Source of the DNA: a virus
Taxonomy: Duplodnaviria; Caudoviricetes
IMG/VR virus record: IMGVR_UViG_2836755666_000018
Coordinates: 1-64,000 of that record
Length of the DNA: 64,000 bases
Reading direction: 5' to 3' (one strand)
Each line of letters starts with the position of its first letter. Positions within the stretch are counted from its first letter, which is position 1. Both the position numbers and the translations under genes were made by a program. The notes beneath the pieces were generated by a model, which worked only from the letters and a program-made list of their open reading frames with translations, did not search any database and was not told the origin of the DNA. Positions 28,239-39,704 of the stretch are shown here, piece after piece.

Positions 28239-29447
28239 TTAACCGCCTGCTCCACTGGCTTTGCCCTTCAATAATTTAATCGCATTACTATCCACTAACA
28301 TAGACCCCACTCTTTTTGTCGTATAAAAATGAACAAACGGTTTATTGGTATAGGGATCTCTCAATACCCTGACACCAATACGATCTAAAATGGTATAGCA
28401 ACGTTTAAAATTACCAAAAGCAACCGGAACATTGCCCGCGCCTAAATCCGCAAACTGTTCATTTTCTGCAATACCGTAACCTAATAAGGCGGAGGGTTGT
28501 CCTAACTGCAAACCAGGTTGCCACAAATAATTACCTTGTGAATCTTTTAATGTTCTTACCTGAAATAATGTCTTATTATTCATCATAAACCGGGCATTAG
28601 TACGATAAGGTTTACGCAAGGTATAAATGAGTTGCATGATTTCATCAGCGGTAATTTCTGATGGTTTTTTAAGCATCAGGTGTTGCAGCGTTCCCCATTC
28701 ACGCTCCTTATCCGCTTTTTCATCGCTCCCATAGGCTAACAATCCTTTTTTTTTTGACCATCACCGGATGTAAATGCCAACTCTTCCTGTTGAGCAAACT
28801 CCTGCGTCAATTCTGACACGATAAATTGTTCAACAAAAAACTATCATCAAGCATTCTTTGGGTGGCAGCTGGATTACCATAAATTTCACCCCAGACAGGC
28901 TCAATAACCCCTAATTTCGATGTCGATGTCTCCGGACGCTTATCCGTTTCACCGACCCAACCACTTGTCGTTCCGCCTTTATTAATTAGCTTTTTATAAT
29001 CGGGGGTACCAACCGTTAATACCTGACATTCCTGGCGCATCACAATTTCATCCCCCAACGCCTTGATGATATTGCGGTCTAATTCCTCAGGTACTGCATA
29101 CCCCCCGTCAGGGTCTGTGGTCGTTTGCATGGCTTTTTTTTCAAGTTCAGCGAGTCCCTCTTCTTTGCCTTTGCGGATGAACAGCGAAAAAGCCAATTTA
29201 TGATCATTTATACTCTGGCTGCTTTTCATTGCCGCAGGGCGTTTTAACGCCACTAATTCTTCTTCAAGCGAGGATTTTAACGCATCGAGTTCACTGAGTT
29301 TAGCATTCAGTGTTTCAACATTTTCCGATAGCTTACCCTTCTGCGCTTCAATGGCTTCAATACGTTTATCATTTTTTCTTTAAATTCGTTAAATCGGTTT
29401 TGTAGCTCTTGTGCTACCAGTTCAACATCTTTCTTGTCTATTGGCAT
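28239..29447 (-). pseudogene. Helper major capsid protein (HK97 fold), frameshifted as assembled
   Basis: Fragments with DGGYAVPEE, WVGE, LKDSQGNYLWQP, FGNF, YTTKRVG; start MPIDKK at 29447. Confidence 0.88.
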
Positions 29448-29463
29448 AATTTACCCTTATCTT

Positions 29464-30108
29464 TTAAAATATAATGGATTTCAAGGCTGCTAACAGATCG
29501 GTTTCAACGTCTCGCTGAGACAAAGCAAGGTAGCCTTCCGCCATGAAATTTTTTGCTTGTGTTCGAGAAAGTCCAACATCACGCAGGACTCGTTCAATCT
29601 CTTTTGGTGCGGGAATTTGACCTTGCGCAAATACTGATTTGATCGTATTAATCCTCGCTTCATCATTCGCTGGAAAGGTCACTAAACTCACCTCCCATAA
29701 ATCTATCTCTTTAATCAAAAGACCCTTTAGTGCGTTCGTATTCGCCATCTTTAAGCACATACCCAATAGAAAGGCCGGATAGTGATCCGGCCTTCATGTG
29801 CGCATGGGCTCGCTTGGCTAAAGGGTCATCTTCAATGAGCAATTTTCCTTTGACAAATAACCCTCTTTCATCCTCCCACATTTCGGTATAGACCCTATCG
29901 GTTCATCCATGCGGTGCTGCCAAAGAAGGGCAGGAAAACTATTTTACATCGCCAATGCGTTAGTGATGTTTCAAATGCGCCTCGCATTACGATGTCATCA
30001 AAACTGTCTTTACCCCAAAACAGAACCATAGCCGGAAAACTCACCCGATTCAGTCACTGATTTTAGACTCAGCGGCATATCAAACCGCTGTTTTATCATT
30101 ATTGTCAT
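29464..30108 (-). pseudogene. Helper prohead protease, frameshifted as assembled
   Basis: FSGYGS, LLWQH, GLSIGY, LWEVSLVTFPAN motifs spread over several frames. Confidence 0.85.
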
Positions 30109-31308
30109 TCGATTTATCCTCGCTAAACTCGGTAAGACTGGGTTTTGTTGTCATATTCATCGGCGTTAAATAAATATCACCGCCTTCACGAGGGTTAAGC
30201 TCCTCCAGTTCGCGGCATTCATTTGGGGAATAAATTCCCAATTAATTCCCGTTGCGTAAGCTGCAAACCGTGATTTCATATCACCACGTAATAACGCCCC
30301 AGTATTGAACTTAGCATAAAAATTTTTCTGCTTTTTTTCAGCGATTAACCCGATATTGATTCGCTGTTCAATGCGCGTTAGATAAGGAACCAGCGAATAG
30401 TTGATAAAACCAATGCCCAGATTCTCAATATTATTAAACGTGGCTCTATCTGTATTTTGCACCATGTGCAACGGAACGCGAAAAATACGGCAGATTTCTT
30501 CCAGTTGAAACTTGCGTGTTTCCAAAAACTGAGCATCTTCCGCTGACAAACTAATTTGTTGCCACTTCAATCCCATTTCAAGGATCATCGGTTTATGGGC
30601 ATTCTCAAGGCCTTGATGGCGGACTTCAAAGTCATTTTTTAATCGCTCATAAGCGTCATCTGTCAAATATTGTTCCGTTTGTAAAACCCCACTTGTCACT
30701 GCCCCATTTCCAAATAGACGTGAGCCATGCTCTTCTGTTGCTAGTCCAAGACCGATGGCTTGACGTGCATACGCAATTGGACTCAACCCTATTAATCCAT
30801 CCAATGTAAAAATGCGAACATGCCATATTTCATCCTGACTCAGAATACGGCTTGTTCCATCTGGCAACGTGACTTGATATTCAATACCCCATTGAGGATT
30901 TAGCGTTGGTGCGACACTGTCAGGACTTAATGGAAGTAATTCAACCACTTCGCCTAAGGCCTTAACCTTATAGGCATAAAAATTGCCCCTCAGACACAAA
31001 CTCGTTATTAATAATTCCCAAAACTCTTGTGAAGTCATATACCCATTTGGTTTGGCTGATAATAGCTGATGAAGCCTTTCTTTCGTGGCGCGTTGATTGC
31101 ATTGTGCCGTTCGTTCATACAGGGCACAAGGCAGCATGCCGACAGATTCTGCTAATACTCTGACACAGCTAAATACCGCGGTTAGCTGCATAGCCAACCT
31201 AGGACTGACTCTACGACCGGCGTAAGTATCGTAAGAAAGCCCCATCAGATGACCAAGTTCCTGTGAAGTTATGTCACTTTTTTTGCTAAAAAGTCCTGGA
31301 AAAAACAT
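30080..31308 (-). pseudogene. Helper portal protein (one frameshift near the 3' end as assembled)
   Basis: AVFSCVRVLAESV, LRGNFY, ICRIFRVP; the SPNECRELE C-terminus is in another frame. Confidence 0.88.
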
Positions 31309-31316
31309 AATGCCTC

Positions 31317-31484
31317 TTATTGTTTGATTTTTCGACTCATCATGTACGAAACCAAAAATGACCACAGCAAACAAAGAATACCGCCAACAATAAAACCAGC
31401 GGCGGGCAGCAATAACCAGGCACCGAAAGCCAATAAAATGGCACCAATAATGCCTGTGATAAATGAAAGCAGTGTTAATATCAT
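31317..31484 (-). CDS. Small two-TM protein between terL and portal
   Basis: 55-aa hydrophobic ORF MILTLLSFITGIIGAILLAFGAW..., read manually (below the track cutoff). Confidence 0.65.
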   Translation of the reverse strand: MILTLLSFITGIIGAILLAFGAWLLLPAAGFIVGGILCLLWSFLVSYMMSRKIKQ

Positions 31485-31494
31485 TGTGTGATCC

Positions 31495-32235
31495 TTAAAG
31501 CGATCTCAGTCCGTGGGAACTAATAATTTCAGAAAGCGAAGGTTGATGGTTCCCCCCATTGACTAATAATCGACTCATTGCGGTAAAAAGCGCACAAGGG
31601 CCATCAATCTTAGCTTCCGCCGTTGACTTATTTGGGAAGATGTTGTCATTTTTGTCAGGTCTTACCGTCACATTAGACATCATCCAGTTCATTACTGGGT
31701 GTTGGTTGTGGTGCAGTTTCCCGGCGTATACCAATGCTTCCACTGCTTTCATTGCTTCTGACAGATTTCTGACTGTTTGAGAAACTTCAACCAGTGGTAG
31801 GCCTTCTTCTGCGAGTGATAAGCCAAATTGCGTTGCACTCCAGGGATCAAATCCTATTTCTTTTAATGTTTGTCCTGAGACCCACGTAATGATTTCCTCT
31901 TTGATTTGATTGTGATCAACCACTTCACCATCAGTCAGGGTTAATACCCCCATCGCTGACCATTTCCGATAGAGTTCTGCAATTTGTCGAGAACAACGCG
32001 CTAGCCTGTCCTCTGGCAGCCAGAACCTGGCATCAGTATGAACATGACCATTGTTTGCCTGCCAGACTTTGACGGCCGCACAAATATCAATTTTGTTAGC
32101 CAAATCAACACCGACCCACATCGGATAGGTTTTAGCTCGTGCATTGGGGCGACAGCAGAGATCTGTCCATTTGAGCATATCCATCCAGGCTGACTCTGCA
32201 CTCACCCAAACGTTGGCGTGCTTTGTTATAAAATT
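31495..32235 (-). pseudogene. terL: Helper terminase large subunit, 3' (nuclease) part, split by satellite B
   Basis: NFITKHANVWV..WMD, GVDLA, FDPW.A, KIDG motifs; joins 47574-48581 in frame. Confidence 0.92.
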
Positions 32236-32302
32236 ACAAACAATTATAATTTAACTATATATCAATAAGTTAATGAATATTTATTATTTATTTATAGCTA
32301 TC

Positions 32303-32326
32303 TGCAATACACATTGCAATACACAG
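32303..32326. repeat. Putative integrase arm-type sites, left end of satellite B
   Basis: TGCAATACACATTGCAATACACAG; IHF-consensus match TATCAATAAGTTA near 32260. Confidence 0.75.
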
Positions 32327-32382
32327 GTTTTAATCAGAAGAGAAATTTGTTTAAGATTATCCGGGGCGCTAATAAAAACCCG

Positions 32383-34043
32383 CTACACCCCATCAAATGA
32401 AGCTAATCGTTGTTTCTGCTCATCGGTCAAACTAAAGGTAAAGTCCTCATGCTCTATCTGCCATGTGCCAAAACTCATCAGAAACGCTAAGGCCGGGTCG
32501 ATTTTATTAGCCGATTTCTTCTTGTTCGGTTTAATATTGGCGTTTGCATCGGTTTCCATCACTACATTTGCGATCGCCCATGTTAAAACAGGGTCGCCGT
32601 TATGGTGGATATTCTGACGATTAACAAACACTTCTGCTGACTTGGCGACAGGGCTTAAACGCATATAGGTTTGTGGGAAGGGTTCAACATCTAAACCTGC
32701 ACCCTGTAATTGCGTTCTAAGATGAGTCGCATTCCACGTATCAAAGCCAATGAGCTTAATCTCAAACTGCTCACTGTCTTTGAGAATATCATCTCTGATA
32801 CGGTCATAATCAATACAATCGCCTTTGGTGGTTCTCAGCCAGCCTAACCGCACCCATTGATGATAGATTGCTCTATTTTTATTCGCTGGACTCTGTAATT
32901 GCGCTTCGGGGATATAGTGACGGCTCAATAGCAAGAGCGCATTCTCTTGTGGGAAGGTATAACAGACGCTAGTAATATCGTTTGTTGAGGATAAATCCAT
33001 CCCTGCATAACAGGTTTGTCCCTTTAAATCCGTTTCCTTGTAGTCCCGTTGACAGGCAGCCCAAGCCCCTTCACCCATCCACGGCGTTTGACCCTGACAC
33101 CAGATATTAAATCGTTTGGTTAACATCTCTGTCCATTGTGAGGGAATTCCCCTTGCTTTTTTAATCGTATCGTTCAGGGCATGACTTTCTACAGAGACAT
33201 TAAGATTAGGATTGGCTTTAACCCAGTTATGCTCATCATCAAGCTCACCGTCTTCGTCTAGTTCATAAATCAGGGCAAAGAGTGATTCATTCTGCGCTTC
33301 ACCGTCCAATATCTGACAACAATAATCATAGTGCTGTTTACAGGCTGAAATAACATTGCTCCCTGCGGTGGTAATGGCAAAAGTAGTGCTTCAGGGCGTG
33401 CCCCATCCCTAACTCAAGCGCGGAATAAACCGCATTATCAGGGTGTAGATGGTACTCATCGACGATCGCCAGACTCGGATTAGTGCCCTCAATGGTGGCA
33501 GCTTTGGCAGCAAGCGGCTTTAGCAAACTGTTATTTTAGGATAAATTATTTTATGTTGCTGGATAGTCAGCCGTTTCTTTAGGCTAGGGATAGCAAACAC
33601 ATCTGACGGGCATCATCAAAACAATGCGTGCCTGGTCTCGACTCACGGCTGCCGTATAAATATCCTGTTGCCCCTTCCATGATTAAAAACCAATTAGCCA
33701 GTATTGCAGCCAATGTAGACTTAGCGTTCTTTCTTGGCACTTGGATATACGCACTACGATATTTTCTTCTTCCCGTGCTAACTTCTTTGAATCCTAAAAT
33801 ATTCGCTATAGCAAATTGCTGCCAAGGTTCTAATTGAATGGGCTTACCTCGAAGATGTCCTTTTACATGGGGGCAGAGACGGGAAAAAGCGATAAAACGT
33901 GCTACCGTTGGCGTATCGAAGGTATAAACGGGATTATTGCGGTCATTAAAATAACGATTAACCGCCTGTTTTAAGCGCTTACAGGCCGGAATATCGCTAT
34001 TTCTGACGCGCTCAGCGTATTGATGCCAATCGGTCAAGTTCAT
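32383..34043 (-). pseudogene. terL: Satellite B terminase large subunit (homopolymer frameshifts)
   Basis: Near-identical to 11536-13203 except for 1-nt indels, mostly in A/T runs. Confidence 0.88.
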
Positions 34044-34377
34044 CTTCTTCTTGCATTTCTACCGGATTACGGCGACGTGATACGGGGTCAAAACCTAATA
34101 GGGAGGCCATTTTTATCATGGTTTTTTCTGCCTCAGCTTTGGCGCTTAATGCGGGGTTCCTACTTTCGCTTCCCTGACTGTTGGCGATACTAAATCCGCG
34201 TTCTGCGAGGTCTGCAACGGCTTTTCGGTAAATGGAATAGTTGACGCAATACAGCTCAAAGCTACTCCAATCAGTGGGGTTCAGGTCGTTACGCTCTGCA
34301 ACGAATTTTGCCTTAGCTTTCCATTCTGTAGTAGCAATCTCATCAAGATAGCTAGGTGCTTTGGGTGCTCTTGCCAT
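34012..34377 (-). CDS. terS: Satellite B terminase small subunit
   Basis: Protein identical to 13172-13537. Confidence 0.9.
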   Translation of the reverse strand: MARAPKAPSYLDEIATTEWKAKAKFVAERNDLNPTDWSSFELYCVNYSIYRKAVADLAERGFSIANSQGSESRNPALSAKAEAEKTMIKMASLLGFDPVSRRRNPVEMQEEDELDRLASIR

Positions 34378-34619
34378 AATCTACTGTTTTCCTTATTGTT
34401 TTATTTTCAAAAAAATGACCGCGCATAAAAAATTCGATTGACGTGCGGTCCCAGCGCAATAGGGGGTTGTCATATTTAACTCCCCCACCCCCTACTTCCC
34501 AAGGCTGATTCCTAAAACATTCCATTAGCTCACGGTCACGCTGAGCCAATCGTTTAACGTAGGATTTATTCGCGCTTGGCTTAACGCGTCGATAACCTTG
34601 GCTATGTCTAAGTAATCCC

Positions 34620-35088
34620 TTAATCAATTGATTTATCTGATATTCGTCCATTAAGGTTATACTCGTGTATCCAGTCATTACGATGAGCAGCTTTTTCTTC
34701 CTGCTCACGGAACATGCCAGCTTTACGCTGTGCTTTAGTTATTGGATCTTGCTGAATAATTTTGCGGTTATGACATCCCTGACACAATGATTGATGGTTA
34801 TCTTGCCACCAGAACAGTACATCGCTATCTCCATCGATTGGGATGATATGGTCAACGATTTTAGCGGGTGTATATATCCCCTGACTTTCGCACTTCACGC
34901 AAAGAGGATGCTCCTTCAAATAAATCAGACGATATTTAGCCCATTGGCTGGAGTAGCCACGCTGGGTATGCGTTCCACGTTGTTTTCTACTCTGCGTCTG
35001 GCTGCTCGTTTATGCGCCTCGCACTTACCCGATTTCACTCGGGTACTACAGCCTGGCTCTGTACATCTTTTAATGGTTGATACGGCAT
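34620..35088 (-). pseudogene. Satellite B HNH endonuclease (frameshifted)
   Basis: Near-identical to 13778-14248. Confidence 0.85.
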
Positions 35089-35390
35089 TTAATACACTCC
35101 AATATCTCGATACACTGACCATAACGATTTAATCGTAAAGGGACTTCTTTAAGCTCAACATCTGTTGCCATTTCCCGATTCTCATAGAGCAATCCGATAT
35201 AGAGCAAACACCCAACCTTAATTGCTGGCGTGAATGTCAATCCTTCATCAAACCGTTTGCCGATATGTTGTTGACAGGCTTCAAGTGCTGCTTCGGCATA
35301 CGTGGTTAATAATTTATCATCCAGCGTAAAACTCTCTTCTAATCGACAATGCTGTTTGATTTCATTTAAAGGGATTTTTACATTAATCAA
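35089..35390 (-). pseudogene. Satellite B head-tail connector (frameshift near the 3' end)
   Basis: Matches 14249-14551 apart from one G missing in a G run. Confidence 0.85.
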
Positions 35391-35721
35391 ATCGTCCTCC
35401 TCCCTTGCAAATCAATTCTAATCTTGATTGGCGTGCATCGGATAAAACAACGGCTATCTCAAATCGAGAACCCAGTGTATTAGCACCTTTATACACAATG
35501 GCGTTGTCAATCGTGATATCAGGACGATAACGCATCCAAATCTTGACGATGGCTTGAGGATAGCGAGTACCAAAGGTTAATAACTCCTGACCGCGTAGCG
35601 CTTTTACTTCTGCCCAGACATCTTCAACATCTACCCAGGTTACTCGCTGGTCACCTAGATTACCGTATGTAATCTCTTGTTTCTGAATCGTCACACGATG
35701 TCTTAATCGTCCTGCTCTCAT
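35383..35721 (-). CDS. Satellite B head closure / adaptor
   Basis: Protein identical to 14544-14882. Confidence 0.88.
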   Translation of the reverse strand: MRAGRLRHRVTIQKQEITYGNLGDQRVTWVDVEDVWAEVKALRGQELLTFGTRYPQAIVKIWMRYRPDITIDNAIVYKGANTLGSRFEIAVVLSDARQSRLELICKGGGRFD

Positions 35722-36935
35722 GCGTTGTCCTCCGCATGTTTCTTAACCTCAATATGCTGTTTCCACGCCTGACTAAATTCATCACCGCCATCACGAGGCG
35801 GTAAGCCTTCCCGTTCACGGGCTTCATTGGGGCACATCACACCGGATTTAATCGCCGTTTCATAACTTAAGAAACGCTCTCTTGGGTTGGCTCTGAGTAA
35901 ATCGGCGGTGTCAAATTCCACTTGGTAACGCATACCGGATTGCGGAACATTAAGTAGTAGTGCCGATTTGATTTGCTGTTCGAAATTCGCTAACCAAGGG
36001 CGCATGGTAATGGTTAAAAACGCGCGGCTGGCTTCACTAAAATTACTGTAGGTACTGTTGGAATATTCTTGCAGAAAAATAGGGCTGACATTGAACATGC
36101 GGGCGATATCTTCTATCGTAAAACGGCGGGAAGCTAACCATTCTGCATCCTGATTACTCATGCCTAATTTTTCATATCCCATTCCACCTTCAAGGATTGG
36201 CACTTTACCCGCATTTTTTGCGCCTCGATAACGTTCAAGCGCGTCAAGGGCTTTTTGCCCTTTGGCATCATTCAGCCACTCATTGGATTTAATAATCCCT
36301 GCTGCCATCATGCCATCTTTCATCACACTCGCGCCGTGGCGCTGTTGGGCTAGTCCTAAACCTAATGTCTCCCGACAAATCGTAATCGGTGAACGTCCCA
36401 TAAACCCATCATCCGTGGCGTAACGTAAATGTAAGATTTCTTCTTGCAGACAGATACGGACTTGACCACTGTATGGCTCGGTTATCGTATAACGGTAACG
36501 GTGCTCACTTAATCGTTCAGGTACAACCGCACTCGGCGGATAAGGATGTAATGAAGCGGGCTGTCCGTCTTTACCCCATGTGATAAGCGCATAGGCATTA
36601 CCATTGAGTAAGCAATGGCGCATTAGGGTTCGTTTAAACTGGAAAGGTGTTTGACAATCATTTGGTTTTTCATTGAGCAAATAATCTACCACGTGGTTAC
36701 TTAGCCATTCCCGTGATTCCATACCTTTATCATTGTGTACCCGATATAAAAAACAGGGCATCGTCGCCACCGCTTCACTAATCACCGTAACGGCATTGAT
36801 AACAGCGGGTAAGCCTTCTGCGGTTATCGGTGAGACATATTCGCCTGACCGACTGTTAGGAATGCCAGCCAGTGACAGGAACTCATCAATACTAAGGCTG
36901 CGTTCTTCTGCCTTTTTATGTCTGAATGGCCACAT
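35718..36935 (-). CDS. Satellite B portal protein
   Basis: Near-identical to the satellite A portal. Confidence 0.92.
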   Translation of the reverse strand: MWPFRHKKAEERSLSIDEFLSLAGIPNSRSGEYVSPITAEGLPAVINAVTVISEAVATMPCFLYRVHNDKGMESREWLSNHVVDYLLNEKPNDCQTPFQFKRTLMRHCLLNGNAYALITWGKDGQPASLHPYPPSAVVPERLSEHRYRYTITEPYSGQVRICLQEEILHLRYATDDGFMGRSPITICRETLGLGLAQQRHGASVMKDGMMAAGIIKSNEWLNDAKGQKALDALERYRGAKNAGKVPILEGGMGYEKLGMSNQDAEWLASRRFTIEDIARMFNVSPIFLQEYSNSTYSNFSEASRAFLTITMRPWLANFEQQIKSALLLNVPQSGMRYQVEFDTADLLRANPRERFLSYETAIKSGVMCPNEAREREGLPPRDGGDEFSQAWKQHIEVKKHAEDNA

Positions 36936-37491
36936 TATTCCACCTCAGATAATTGTAGCCACCGATTGTACAAATGCGTGGGTTTGGAGCGATTAGCATT
37001 GAGTGAACGCTTGGCAATTTCGACACCACTTTCAGGGTAAGCGGGTAAACTGGTGATCGTGATTTCTAGCAATTCAGCCTCAATAACCGTTCTGAGATAA
37101 GGCTTTTCACCAATTTCCCAATGGTCTTTTATCGTCCTAAACGCAAAGCTCATACCGGATATATCCCCCCCGTTCAACCAGTGTTAGAACATCTCGGCCT
37201 AATTGGGTATCAGGCGGGGTAAGCGCAAACCGTAACCCCGTTTCATCTTCAGCCAGTTGTAACGTACTCGACGCGGTACGCCCTAATAGATTAGTTACGT
37301 CATGTTCAAACAGACACCTTACATCTGTTCCTTTTCCCAGACTGTTTTTAAACGCATAGGGGGGCAAAGGTTTCAATAAATTCACCCCACAACAGTTGTG
37401 AACGGCTATTCCATTTAACCGCATAGCCCATTAGTTTTTTTTCATCAGCGGTGATGCCTGCCGTGCGTATTTCAAAATCGGTTGATTTCAT
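36935..37491 (-). pseudogene. Satellite B prohead protease (frameshifted)
   Basis: Homologous to 16096-16650; indels in C/G/T runs. Confidence 0.85.
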
Positions 37492-37495
37492 GGCG

Positions 37496-38630
37496 TTATG
37501 CCTTAACCTCAAGCACTTTAATCGCATTGGAATCGACTAATCCACCACCGAGATATTTATCAGTATGAATTTTGATAAAGCCAGGCTCAGTAATATTGTC
37601 AGGTCGTGTACGGGTGCCTGTCTGATGGTCAACAATGGTGTAGCCACGTTTAAAGTCACCCAGCGCTATCACATCATCATTCATAAATTCAAGGTAATGA
37701 ACCGATAAACCCAACAGACTATCAGGATCACCCACTTGTAACCGTTCACGCCAGATATAATCACCATTGCCATTTTCAATTTTGTACTTTGGCAGCGGTG
37801 TTTGAGTTCATCACCCAGACAGCATTTTACGGTATTTATTTTTTAGCGTGAATTTCAGGTCAATCAGGCTATCGGCTTCCAGTTTGGTCACTTCCTGCTT
37901 TTGCAATGTGCCAAAACTACGCGCTTTATCGGCTTTCGTATCACGGGGATAGGATAGAAATCCTTTTGCTTTCTTTGTACCGTTACCACTGACTAAATCG
38001 GTTTCTTCGGTATCAACAAAGGTGTCAGCGATTTCACGGGTCAACCAGCCTAAAATATCGACATCACTAAAATCCAGAATTTCCTGTGTTGTCTTGGGAT
38101 AGGCATAGACAGGAAATAACTTGATACTCACTTCTTCCAGTTTAGGGGTAGCGGTTTCGGTTCTGGCTTTGCCTTCTTCACCGTGATTGATCACGGCACC
38201 ACCAACAGACACCAGTTGCTTATATTCGTTGCTGTGAGTGGTCTTGATAGTACAGATTTTACGCATGACGGACTCATCACTGAGACGTTGCATAATCTGT
38301 TTATTCAGTTCAGGGATAACGGTATAGCCACCATCAGCCGGAACCCCAGTCGAAAGCCCGCGTGTTTCCCCTGTCAAAACATAATGCCTTAATGCATCAT
38401 TTCCCTGTTCTTTTTGTACAGGCTTTGCCGCTAATGTTCTTTCTTCATCAGCGAGACTTTCATAACGGGCGATTTCAGTATTGAGGGTTTCCGACTGATG
38501 ACGCAACGCATCAAAGTTTTAGCTTCATCTTCGGTCAGTGTTCGTTTTCTGTTTCTGCTAATGTCAGCATTGATCGCATTTGTGCCGTTAAATCGGCTTT
38601 TTGCTGACGTAATTCAAGTAGTCTTTTCAA
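37496..38630 (-). pseudogene. Satellite B major capsid protein (frameshifted)
   Basis: Homologous to 16656-17810; indels in T runs. Confidence 0.88.
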
Positions 38631-39079
38631 GGTTGGCTCCTGCATGCAGTGATTGTCTTGACTGAACATGCAGAAAAAAAGCAGCTAAGGGAAGGTGATA
38701 TAAACCTTAACCGCTTTTAGTAACCATGAATATTTCAAAATACACCTGCATGAATCAGGAACCTCAATTTAACATGATGAAAAATAACAGGAAACAACCT
38801 CACAGGAAGGCAAAAGATGAGAAAACATGAGAACCAATAATTTACATAACTTTACATTAATTATTTATTAAAACATTAATAAGGGTTGCACCCGTTTTAG
38901 TGAAAACATCATGAGCTATTTTGGACAATCGGTAATCACTGCCTACCAGGAAAAGAAAGAATTTTTATGATGATCCTTGTTCTCTTTCGAAAAGATAAAA
39001 TTTATTTAATAATATTTCTCATGTCAGAGAAAAAATAAAAATATTTTAGCGTGCGTTTTATATAATTAAAAAAAACTGG

Positions 39080-39539
39080 AAAACTGTTCATACTGTTCAC
39101 CAATTCAATAAAAGATATATATATCAATAAATTATGTGGTGAATAGTTTTGTGTTAAGTGTTCACCACTGTTCACCCTTTCAATAAAGTGTTCACCTTTT
39201 TATGGATTGCTTTAGTTCAGGCAATAATAGTATAACGTATTGATATATAATATATTTATTTGCAATCATTAACAATCAAAACACTTTTATTAAATATTAA
39301 TAAACACTTCCATCTTTTATTTTTCTTACAAGATTAAAAAATTATTTTATTAACCAACTTAAATAAATATTAATTTTATTTATAAATAAATTGAAGTTAG
39401 AAAACTTTTGTTCATTACCCCTCCCATAAAAGGTGAACAGTGGTGAACACTTGGTGAATAGTTTTAAGTTAAGTGTTCACCCTTTAATTTATTGATATAT
39501 ATATCTTTTATTGAATTGGTGAACAGTATGAACAGTTTT
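39080..39539. other. P4-type origin of satellite B (TGTTCACC iterons, 55-bp inverted repeat)
   Basis: Eight TGTTCACC/GGTGAACA octamers (39094, 39159, 39169, 39189, 39432, 39442, 39474, 39518); perfect IR 39080-39134 / 39485-39539 around an AT-rich core. Confidence 0.8.
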
Positions 39540-39704
39540 TACCAAAAAGTTTTATACGCATCTATTTTTTGTCTAACGCGACTTAAATAAAAAATTCTTT
39601 CCTTTCCCTGGTAGGCAGATAAAAAAGCCAGCCTTTTACTGGCTGGCGTTGTTTGTTTAGTATTGGCTGATGCTGGTTTGATATTACGGTGTCTATAATT
39701 TATG

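Noticed and set aside
39080-39539. CRISPR array (also considered at 52963-53157, given Cas4-like DUF2800 and Cas2-fold GhoS genes)
   Set aside because: Repeats are 8-9 bp, in both orientations, without regular unique spacers; they are iterons. No cas1 or cas operon is present.
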